30,953 nucleotides of DNA from Candidatus Thorarchaeota archaeon (GTDB taxonomy: Archaea; Asgardarchaeota; Thorarchaeia; Thorarchaeales; Thorarchaeaceae): positions 1 through 30,953 of the forward strand of contig JAEORO010000114.1 of the NCBI GenBank assembly GCA_016840855.1. Reading direction: 5' to 3'. Under the pieces are notes generated by a model. That model did not search any database. It saw only the letters and a program-made list of their open reading frames with translations, and was not told the DNA's origin. The stretch's first letter is position 1. The number at the start of each line of letters is the position of its first letter. Of this stretch, positions 1-6,934 are shown one piece after another. A program made the position numbers and the translations under genes.

Positions 1-675
1 ACAGGATTGGGATTGACTGAAACCTCTGGATTCTGTACATATACACCGCTAGATGGCACAGTGGATGACATACTTGCAGGAGTCGGATATGCGATGCCTA
101 TAACTCCCATCTCAATCAGAGAAATGATGCTTCCTGATGGAAATGCTGGAAAGGAATTACCTCCAGGAGAGAACGGAGAGATCTGCTTCAGAGGGCCGCA
201 GCTCTTTCTTGGTTATGTGAACGATGAGGATGCAACTCGAAAGACGATCTCGACAGATGGATGGTTGTACACTGGTGACTATGGTAGTTATGATGAGAAG
301 GGCTTGCATCTGGCTGGTCGGACCAAGCTCATAATCAAGCCAAAGGGGTACAATGTGTTTCCAACTGAGGTGGAGAATTTCATTGCCAACGAGTTGAAAG
401 AGAAGGTGGCTAGTGTTGCTTGTGTTGGTGTTAAACATGAGGTCTTCACTGAAGCAATCTTTGCATTTGTAGTTCCAAAGAGCGGACAGACTGTGACACC
501 TGAAGAGGTCCATGAGGTAGCGAAGGGGATGGCGTCATACAAACGTCCATCGCATGTTGAAATAATCTCTGAAATGCCTTTGAATCGAGTGGCAAAGACA
601 GATTATGTTTCCCTGAAACAAACTGCTGATAGCAAAGTGGATGAACTTCGAGCTGCAGGGAAATGGGACAATTAG
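1..675 (+). CDS. Class I adenylate-forming enzyme (acyl-CoA synthetase / AMP-binding), 5'-truncated by window edge
   Basis: Frame open from base 1 (TGLGLTETSG, the GxGLTE motif); GEICFRGPQLFLGY, GWLYTGD, GRTKLIIK.KGYNVFPTEVE and MPLNRVAKTD match ANL-superfamily C-terminal motifs. Confidence 0.9.
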   Translation, partial: TGLGLTETSGFCTYTPLDGTVDDILAGVGYAMPITPISIREMMLPDGNAGKELPPGENGEICFRGPQLFLGYVNDEDATRKTISTDGWLYTGDYGSYDEKGLHLAGRTKLIIKPKGYNVFPTEVENFIANELKEKVASVACVGVKHEVFTEAIFAFVVPKSGQTVTPEEVHEVAKGMASYKRPSHVEIISEMPLNRVAKTDYVSLKQTADSKVDELRAAGKWDN

Positions 676-692
676 TTCGCACAATAAGCTGG

Positions 693-719
693 AAAGAGAA
701 AGGATGGAAGGATGTGCGA
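693..719. repeat. 27-bp direct repeat, copy 1 (aaagagaaaggatggaaggaTgtgcga)
   Basis: 26/27 identical to 2004-2030 by direct comparison; bracketed by an 8-bp inverted repeat ttcgcaca (676-683) / tgtgcgaa (713-720). Confidence 0.9.
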
Positions 720-784
720 ATTTCTAGATTAAAATTCGATAGTCTTATTGGCAGGATTACATCTATCGATTTCAGGGGATTGGA

Positions 785-1975
785 ATGAGGAAGCATTGGA
801 CAGTATTAATGATTATCCTACTCTCATCGTGTGTAATGATTCAAGGACATGCTCAATCATCAACTGAGCTTGTTGTGGATACTGGTTCGATTCCAGGAAT
901 CCAACCCACAAGTACAGTGGCGACTGAGATTTCGGAACATGAACACTTCGCGGGTATGGTAAGGTCAGATTCTGGAGCTATATTCATTCTCCTTGTCAAT
1001 TTGACACCACCAACAACGCACTCCCTAGTGATGTTTGAATCTGGGCAATTCTCATCACGCATATTGACATTCACCGAAATTATCGAGGGAATTGAAATAA
1101 TGGATCAGTCTCTATTCTTTGTTGAAGATGGATACTTCAGTGAGAATCAGAGTTCATATCTAATCGTGGAAATGGATTTTCAAGGTACCAGGATATCTGA
1201 ACAAAATGTGACTCTTCGTGATACACACATTATTCCGAAACTATATGCTGGAAAAGATGGAGCCATGTATCTCTGGGGAAAAGATGTCTTTACATCAAAA
1301 ACACATTTGGTGAAGCTCAGTAATGAATGGGATGTTGTCTGGAACAAAGTGATTGACTTGGGAATCTTGAGTTGGGGGGATGTCCAGGTCTTGCCAGATG
1401 GACATGTATACATTCTGAAAGTGTCAGGTCTTGAACTAAGAAACAGCGATGGACAATCGCTATGGAATAGAACTCTCAGCAGCAACACGAACTGGGTTCC
1501 AAAAACCCTTCACACCTTCAATGATGACTCTGTCTGTGTTCTAGCATCATATGTTATTGAATACATTATTACAGGTGGCACAATCTACAGATACGACATT
1601 CATGGGGATCTCCTAGGAAACAAGACCTTAGTTGCAAGTGAGATGCATCCAGATGAGTATGTCCAAGTTGGCGATTTGGAGGTTTATGATAACTCGATAA
1701 TCAGTGTTGTCTATTACAATAATGTCGCATATCTTCTTGAAATATCAAAGGATCTCAACATCATCAATAGGCACTCAATCGAAAGGGGAGGTTATATCCA
1801 ATTCACTGTGGAGGGGCATATCATTCTCTTTGCAGAAAACAACTCTAGATATGAACGTCAATTACTGGCATTCATTTTTTCAGGAAACCAATTGATGTTA
1901 TTACTGTCTGCTGGAGGAGTAGTTATCGCTATCATTGTTGTAGCAATGGTATGGAGAAAAAGGCAGACACGATAA
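785..1975 (+). CDS. Secreted, C-terminally membrane-anchored hypothetical protein, possible beta-propeller
   Basis: 396-aa ORF; N-terminal signal peptide (MRKHWTVLMIILLSS); repeated beta-strand units with DG..LWNRT / WDVVWNKV-type turns; C-terminal TM helix and basic tail (WRKRQTR). Confidence 0.7.
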   Translation: MRKHWTVLMIILLSSCVMIQGHAQSSTELVVDTGSIPGIQPTSTVATEISEHEHFAGMVRSDSGAIFILLVNLTPPTTHSLVMFESGQFSSRILTFTEIIEGIEIMDQSLFFVEDGYFSENQSSYLIVEMDFQGTRISEQNVTLRDTHIIPKLYAGKDGAMYLWGKDVFTSKTHLVKLSNEWDVVWNKVIDLGILSWGDVQVLPDGHVYILKVSGLELRNSDGQSLWNRTLSSNTNWVPKTLHTFNDDSVCVLASYVIEYIITGGTIYRYDIHGDLLGNKTLVASEMHPDEYVQVGDLEVYDNSIISVVYYNNVAYLLEISKDLNIINRHSIERGGYIQFTVEGHIILFAENNSRYERQLLAFIFSGNQLMLLLSAGGVVIAIIVVAMVWRKRQTR

Positions 1976-2002
1976 GTCGCCATAATCAAGTATCTTGCTT
2001 CG

Positions 2003-2025
2003 AAAAGAGAAAGGATGGAAGGAGG
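2003..2025 (-). terminator. Putative pyrimidine-rich archaeal terminator of the hdr-mvh/vhu operon
   Basis: Minus strand reads CCUCCUUCCAUCCUUUCUCUUUU directly after the SECIS, between convergent genes. Confidence 0.5.
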
Positions 2026-2030
2026 TGCGA
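2004..2030. repeat. 27-bp direct repeat, copy 2 (aaagagaaaggatggaaggaGgtgcga)
   Basis: 26/27 identical to 693-719; overlaps the putative vhu operon terminator and the 3' end of the SECIS basal helix. Confidence 0.9.
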
Positions 2031-2104
2031 CCGACGCACCCTTGCGGGGTGTGTCCGACACGGCCCGTTTGTTTTCAGCCGCGCCTTCATCCGCCGCCAG
2101 TCAC
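2027..2104 (-). promoter_or_regulatory. Eukaryote-like SECIS element (Asgard type) of vhuU
   Basis: mRNA reads AUGAA-GGCGCGGCU-GAAAACAAACG-GGCCGUGUC-GGAC: AUGA (2090-2087) / GA core, 9-bp helix II (2085-2077 with 2065-2057) and apical loop with AAAA. A basal helix GUGACUGGCG (2104-2095) / CGUCGGUCGC (2036-2027) and a CCC-GCAA-GGG side hairpin are possible. Confidence 0.8.
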
Positions 2105-2239
2105 TAGCTCCTTCCTGACTAACTCGCGACCCTCATCGTCAACAACGACAAGATGAGCGCCGCAGGATAGTCAGCAGTCGTAACACCGAACCACCATCTC
2201 GATGAGGTTCAGTATTCCTTCAGGTATTTCGTCAGTCAT
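2087..2239 (-). CDS. vhuU: Selenocysteine-containing small subunit VhuU of a [NiFeSe] group 3c hydrogenase (50 aa, Sec23); absent from ORF track
   Basis: Manual translation: MTDEIPEGILNLIEMVVRCYDC-U-LSCGAHLVVVDDEGRELVRKELVTGGG*; UGA at 2173-2171. Starts 11 nt after the vhuA stop with a GGUG SD-like motif; supplies the DxUxxCxxH (L2) motif that vhuA lacks; strongly resembles methanococcal VhuU as recalled; SECIS present. Confidence 0.92.
2126..2163 (-). promoter_or_regulatory. Stem-loop starting 7 nt 3' of the Sec UGA (SRE-like / bacterial-SECIS-like)
   Basis: GCGGC-G-CUCAUC-UU-GUCG-(UUGU)-UGAC-GAUGAG-G-GUCGC: 15 pairs by hand with one G.G mismatch and a UU bulge. Function is inferred. Confidence 0.55.
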
Positions 2240-2250
2240 GTTTTACACCG

Positions 2251-3567
2251 TTATCTTTTAACCAATGGCTCTGGGAGTTTCAGACTCTCATGTGCCTTGT
2301 CCTCGAATATCTGCTTTGCTGCGACCATGAGGCTCTTCTCGATGCCTGCAATGTTGTTATTTGTCGCAACGATCAGATTCGCTTTAGTAAGCATTCCCTT
2401 TTCATCTGACACATAGTTATGCATCAGAGTCCCTCTTGGAGCCTCAACGATTCCGACACCATTACCAGCTTTAGGTTCAACATCGGAGAGTTTCACATCG
2501 GTACTTACGATGTCAGGATCTTTGAGGAGTGTGGCAACCCACTCGAAGGCTTGGACAAGCTCAACAATTCTAGCATAATGATATGCAAAGGTATGATGAG
2601 AGGGTCTCCCGACTAGCTCACGCATTTCCTTCAGAGCAGCATCAGCCAAGGGGGTAGCCATGTTCTCATTCACGTTGCATCTCGCCAGTGTGTTGGCTCT
2701 CCAAATACCTTCAGGATAGCCTGCAGGTTTGAAGTACATGTGAGTCGCGTATGCATGAGGTGATACGTATTCTCCATAGTACTTTGTGTAGTCTTTTGGC
2801 TCAAAGTCAGCAACTATCTTTCCATCTGGGTCCATAACTCTAACAGTTCCATCATAGATATCCAGCTTTCCTTCATTGGAGAGACCTATGTAGTAGGTAG
2901 GAACTACTGCGACTTTTGTAATGACATCTAAATAGTCAGTGACAACTTTCTTTGCCAAGTCAACCGTGTTCAATGTCAGTTGCTGAATTTCCTCAAGGCG
3001 TCCTAGGAAGAAATCTCGGTCTTCCTCCTTGAAAGGTGAGAGCATCCCTCCTGGAATTCCGGTTGTCGGGTGAATTGCCTTTGCACCAATTGCTTTAATC
3101 AACTCCTGACCGAATTCCATCATCTTGATGGCTTGAACGGCAACATCAGGAAGGTCTCTCAATACTGCAGCAACATTTCTATCAGCAGGATTTGCGAAAG
3201 GCCCATAGACAAAATCAGGGGCGGCAAGCGCATAGAAGTGAATAGTATGAGAGGAGAATTGTTTCGCCTCTATCATAAGACGTCGCAGCTTGATAGCAGC
3301 AGGAGGGGGAGTCACATCCCAAGCAGCTTCGATTGCCTTGACAGATGCTAGATGGTGCGGAATAGGACAGATTCCACAGATGCGGGGGGCAATTCTTGGA
3401 GCCTCCTCCATAGGTCGACCTTCAAGAAATTTCTCAAAGAATCGAGTGGAGTTCACATTGAATTGCACATCTTTGACCTTTCCATCTTTACCGAGTTTCA
3501 AAGTAAGAGTTCCATGGCCTTCCAGTCGAGTAACAGGATCAATTCTAATTGTCTTTTCTTCGGTCAT
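2251..3567 (-). CDS. vhuA: [NiFe(Se)] hydrogenase group 3c large subunit lacking the C-terminal L2 motif (VhuA/MvhA)
   Basis: IDPVTRLEGHG, RFFEKFLEGRP, L1 motif RICGICPIPH, EAPRGTLMHNY, ANLIVATNNN; ends LPEPLVKR with no DPCxxCxxH. Confidence 0.93.
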   Translation of the reverse strand: MTEEKTIRIDPVTRLEGHGTLTLKLGKDGKVKDVQFNVNSTRFFEKFLEGRPMEEAPRIAPRICGICPIPHHLASVKAIEAAWDVTPPPAAIKLRRLMIEAKQFSSHTIHFYALAAPDFVYGPFANPADRNVAAVLRDLPDVAVQAIKMMEFGQELIKAIGAKAIHPTTGIPGGMLSPFKEEDRDFFLGRLEEIQQLTLNTVDLAKKVVTDYLDVITKVAVVPTYYIGLSNEGKLDIYDGTVRVMDPDGKIVADFEPKDYTKYYGEYVSPHAYATHMYFKPAGYPEGIWRANTLARCNVNENMATPLADAALKEMRELVGRPSHHTFAYHYARIVELVQAFEWVATLLKDPDIVSTDVKLSDVEPKAGNGVGIVEAPRGTLMHNYVSDEKGMLTKANLIVATNNNIAGIEKSLMVAAKQIFEDKAHESLKLPEPLVKR

Positions 3568-4487
3568 CTGTGTTTGACCTCCTCTCGTTTGATACGAATT
3601 TGCCCAAGGTTGCTTGTTGGGTAGTCGAATCGATAGAATGTGCCCAGCGGGTCTTTCACTTGTTCTTTAATCTCCTCAGGTGGAAGAGGAGCATATGTGC
3701 CAAGCATTGCCATTGAGTTGGCTCCGTGGTCCTGCAAAATTGGAGGAGGTGGACCAAAGCAACCCCTGCACGTGGCGCCCTTGTTCACGCACTGCCCTTC
3801 ACATAGACCCCAAGTTGCTGAACCTAAACAGATGTATCCTTGCTCAAGTAGGCACCTATCTGGTTCAGCTATTCCCTGGTAAGGGCGGAGAACTTTTTCA
3901 ATAGGGGTTTCTTTCTTCTCGCGGTCACAATAATGACACACCGTGTGCGGCGGAAGTTCAATGGGTTCTCCAGCCAATAGTTTACTTACAGCCGTGAGAA
4001 TCAACTTGGAGGTTGGAGGACACCCTGGTAGGTAGATATCTATGTCAACATAGCTGCTGTTAGGTTTCACCACGGGAGCAATACCAGGAAGGTTCTCACT
4101 TGGAACCTTTCCACCATTTACAGTCGCATTCTCACGAAACTTGACATCATAGCACTCCTCAATATCATAGAAGTTTGCGAGTCCGGGAATTCCACCAAAA
4201 CATGAGCAGGAACCAAATGCTATCAACACCTGGCATTTCTGTCTCAATAGCTTAAGAAGGTGAATATCTTCTTCAGTCCTCGCCATTCCCTCATAGAGAC
4301 CGACAACTATCGATTTATCCTCATAGCTTTCTAGGTGATGCAGTTTGAAGTCAGCAACCGCTTGCCAATACTTGATCTCTAGAGCAGGGAGAACCTGAGC
4401 TAAGTTGAGGTGGATATCAACGAGACTCTGGTAACATCCCCAGCATGAACTGCCTTGGCCCATTGCTATAGAAACAGGGTCAGCCAA
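3564..4487 (-). CDS. mvhG: F420-non-reducing hydrogenase small (Fe-S) subunit MvhG/VhuG
   Basis: CWGC, AFGSCSCFGGIPGLAN, YLPGCPP, VCHYC, CLLEQGYICLG, C..QC...GATCRGCFG; TTG start; ATGA overlap with vhuA. Confidence 0.92.
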   Translation of the reverse strand: MADPVSIAMGQGSSCWGCYQSLVDIHLNLAQVLPALEIKYWQAVADFKLHHLESYEDKSIVVGLYEGMARTEEDIHLLKLLRQKCQVLIAFGSCSCFGGIPGLANFYDIEECYDVKFRENATVNGGKVPSENLPGIAPVVKPNSSYVDIDIYLPGCPPTSKLILTAVSKLLAGEPIELPPHTVCHYCDREKKETPIEKVLRPYQGIAEPDRCLLEQGYICLGSATWGLCEGQCVNKGATCRGCFGPPPPILQDHGANSMAMLGTYAPLPPEEIKEQVKDPLGTFYRFDYPTSNLGQIRIKREEVKHR

Positions 4488-4489
4488 GC

Positions 4490-4726
4490 CTAAACCTCCT
4501 TCAAAGCATAGACCATCTCGTCATTTTCTTCCCCAGTAACCTCGACTTCGCCCCATCTGAGCATCCCCATAAGATTCCAAACAACTAAATCAGTTTCATA
4601 CTTAGTCGCTTCAGCTATCTTTGATACTGCAGCAGGACCTTCCTTGAGGAAGTCCCCAATTACTTTTCGTTGCTTGCGAACATCACCACGTTTCTGAGTA
4701 AAGAACTTTCCAAACATCATACTCAT
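4490..4726 (-). CDS. Small winged helix-turn-helix protein within the hydrogenase operon
   Basis: 78 aa; IGDFLKEGPAAVSKIAEATKYETDLVVWNLMGMLRWGEVEVTGE fits the ArsR/MarR-like wHTH pattern; ATGA overlap with mvhD. Confidence 0.7.
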   Translation of the reverse strand: MSMMFGKFFTQKRGDVRKQRKVIGDFLKEGPAAVSKIAEATKYETDLVVWNLMGMLRWGEVEVTGEENDEMVYALKEV

Positions 4727-5178
4727 TTCCAGTCCCTCCTTATAGGACCAAGTTGTCTCACTTGTTCAGTAAGCGCTTTCACACCATCAGCAAAGATTTG
4801 AGCTTCAGATGCGCTCGCCCATTGAAGTCGAACCCTACGAGGGTCAACTCCAGCTTGTTCAATAGCGGTCTCCATCAGAGTCCATCTGGCCCGAGCTTTG
4901 AGATTTCCGCTAGTATAATGACAATCTCCGGGATGACACCCAGACACAAGAACTCCATCTGCCCCCATATTTAGAGCAGCAAGAATGAACTCAGGACTTA
5001 TTCGTCCTGTACAGTTCACTCTCAGAATCCTCGCATTTGTAGGATACTGAATTCTGCTTGTTCCTGCAAGGTCAGCTCCGGCGTAGGAACACCAATTGCA
5101 GCAGTATGCCATAATCTTGGGTTCCCATTCTTCATGTGACTCTGCTGTTTCCGTAGATGTTGTTGACGACGTCGTCAT
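4723..5178 (-). CDS. mvhD: Hydrogenase [2Fe-2S] subunit MvhD (Cys form)
   Basis: EPKIMAYCCNWCSYAGADLAG, RVNCTGR, GADGVLVSGCHPGDCHY. Confidence 0.95.
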   Translation of the reverse strand: MTTSSTTSTETAESHEEWEPKIMAYCCNWCSYAGADLAGTSRIQYPTNARILRVNCTGRISPEFILAALNMGADGVLVSGCHPGDCHYTSGNLKARARWTLMETAIEQAGVDPRRVRLQWASASEAQIFADGVKALTEQVRQLGPIRRDWK

Positions 5179-5181
5179 TTC

Positions 5182-6930
5182 TTAACTGCCTCCTTGTACC
5201 CCTGGTGTCGGACAGAGGAATGCCTCCACCATTGTTAGAATTTGATCATCTGTAGAGTGATACATTACAATAGCACTACTTGGACACGCTGCTGCACATG
5301 TTCCACAACCATGACATTTAGCCTCTGTGACGAAAGCAATTGGCGGATCTTTGGTCTCATCCATTGTGATAGCGTGATATGGACACGCGGTCAAGCATGT
5401 ATGGCAGCTGGAACAGAGTTCAGGAATGACATGAGAAACTGTAGATTCTATCTCAACTTCACCCTGCGCCATGAGCCCAACTGCTTTTGCTGCAGCGCCA
5501 CTTGCATCAATGACAGACTCGGATGCGTTCTTGGCTGCTTGAGCTGCACCTGCAATCATCACACCAGCTGTGTGGGTGGTGAGTGGAGCCAGCTTAATGT
5601 GCTCAGGATTGAAGAAACCGTCACCACTTCTAGTCAGACTGAACAGATGTGAAGTCTCCTCAACATCCTCAGGTGGAATCATTGCCGAAGCAAGGACAAC
5701 AATGTCAGGATCAAACACAAGTTCTTCATCAGCAAGAATATCGTGCCACTTTACCTTGATTTTACCTTTCTTCACCGTAACTTCAGGGTATTGATTCTGT
5801 GGGAACTTGCTATATATGACATGCTTCTGACGTGCCATGCGATGGAATTCTTCGTGTCCTTTTCCATATGTCCTAATATCCTGATATAGCACCAGAACTT
5901 CGTCAACACGTTCTCTCAAGTCAGCTGCAGCTTTCGCAGTTGCTGAGCAACAGTGGCGTGAGCAGTGTTCATGACCTTTAACTCCTGGTTGGCGAGACCC
6001 GACGCAGCCAATGAAGACCATCTTCTTGACTGGTTTTCCATCACTTGGACGTAGTAACTTTTCACTTGAAGGAAGTTCCTGAAGTTCAGCCAGGGTGAGA
6101 ATGTCAGGTGACTCGCCAAACGAGTAATACCCAACGGGTTTGAAAGGTTCAAATCCTGTGGCTACAATCACTGTACCAACTTCATACCGATGCTCTTTCT
6201 GTGTTTTAAGATTCTTCACTGTGACACCAAAATTACCAATATAGCCATCAAACTCGGATACTTTGCTATCTGTCAGTATTTTGACCCTTTTGTGCTTCTT
6301 AACATCGTGAATGAGTGGTTTAATGATATCTGCGCCTGATTCGTCTGAAGGAAATAGATGTGTCCATTTAGCTACATTGCCACCAAGATGGGAGGTCTTT
6401 TCCACCAACAAAACATCAAATCCTCGTTCAGCAATGTCGAGTGAAGCTCGAAGTCCAGCAATTCCTCCACCAACAATCAATGTCGTTGGAAGAACATTTA
6501 CTCTCTTGATTGGGAGATTTTGCAATTTTGCAGCTCGCGCAACAGACATTCTTACTAGGTCAATGGCTTTCTCAGTAGCCAGTTCCGGTTCTCTCATGTG
6601 GCACCACGATACATGCTCACGAAGATTAACTTGATCAAACAGATATCTGTTCAAACCAGCTTCTTCGACAACCCGTCGAAATGTAGGCTCATGCATCCTT
6701 GGAGAGCAACTTGCCACTACTACTCGGTTAAGGTTATGCTCCTTAATCATTTCCTTAATGAGCATTTGTCCAGCATCCGAGCACATGAACATCTCGTGTG
6801 TAGCAAAAGCAACGTTGGGCAACCTGGATGCAGCTTCGGCAACAGCTTCAACATTTACAGTACCTGCAATGTTATGTCCACAGTGACAGACGAACACTCC
6901 AATTCTTGGTTCTTCTTCAGATTGTGACAT
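5182..6930 (-). CDS. hdrA: HdrA-family protein with N-terminal Fe-S domain, FAD domain and C-terminal ferredoxin, lacking the inserted ferredoxin
   Basis: RIGVFVCHCGHNIAG, VVVASCSPRMHEPTF, NLREHVSWCH, IVGGGIAG, CVGSR...CSRHCC, C-terminal CSSCHTCLTACP / CHGCGTCAAACP. Confidence 0.88.
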   Translation of the reverse strand: MSQSEEEPRIGVFVCHCGHNIAGTVNVEAVAEAASRLPNVAFATHEMFMCSDAGQMLIKEMIKEHNLNRVVVASCSPRMHEPTFRRVVEEAGLNRYLFDQVNLREHVSWCHMREPELATEKAIDLVRMSVARAAKLQNLPIKRVNVLPTTLIVGGGIAGLRASLDIAERGFDVLLVEKTSHLGGNVAKWTHLFPSDESGADIIKPLIHDVKKHKRVKILTDSKVSEFDGYIGNFGVTVKNLKTQKEHRYEVGTVIVATGFEPFKPVGYYSFGESPDILTLAELQELPSSEKLLRPSDGKPVKKMVFIGCVGSRQPGVKGHEHCSRHCCSATAKAAADLRERVDEVLVLYQDIRTYGKGHEEFHRMARQKHVIYSKFPQNQYPEVTVKKGKIKVKWHDILADEELVFDPDIVVLASAMIPPEDVEETSHLFSLTRSGDGFFNPEHIKLAPLTTHTAGVMIAGAAQAAKNASESVIDASGAAAKAVGLMAQGEVEIESTVSHVIPELCSSCHTCLTACPYHAITMDETKDPPIAFVTEAKCHGCGTCAAACPSSAIVMYHSTDDQILTMVEAFLCPTPGVQGGS

Positions 6931-6934
6931 TTTA

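Noticed and set aside
676-720. Integron attC site
   Set aside because: No RYYYAAC/GTTRRRY boxes and no integrase in the window; kept only as an unexplained repeat.
1858-2061. 67-aa minus-strand ORF after vhuU
   Set aside because: Starts inside the SECIS, crosses the terminator and is antisense to 785-1975; no motif.
2075-2089. Additional Sec residues at the in-frame UGAs at 2089-2087 and 2077-2075
   Set aside because: They lie within the SECIS itself and beyond the length expected for VhuU, and the downstream frame shows no recognisable protein pattern; treated as stop and backup stop.
2027-2104. GC-rich structured stretch as a tRNA (including tRNA-Sec)
   Set aside because: No cloverleaf, TTC T-loop or anticodon arm could be built; the SECIS geometry explains it better.
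2251-3567. vhuA as a truncated pseudogene because it lacks the L2 motif
   Set aside because: The missing segment is encoded by the adjacent vhuU gene, a known split architecture.
4723-6930. Sec in MvhD or HdrA, as in methanococci
   Set aside because: Both frames are uninterrupted, with Cys at the relevant motifs.
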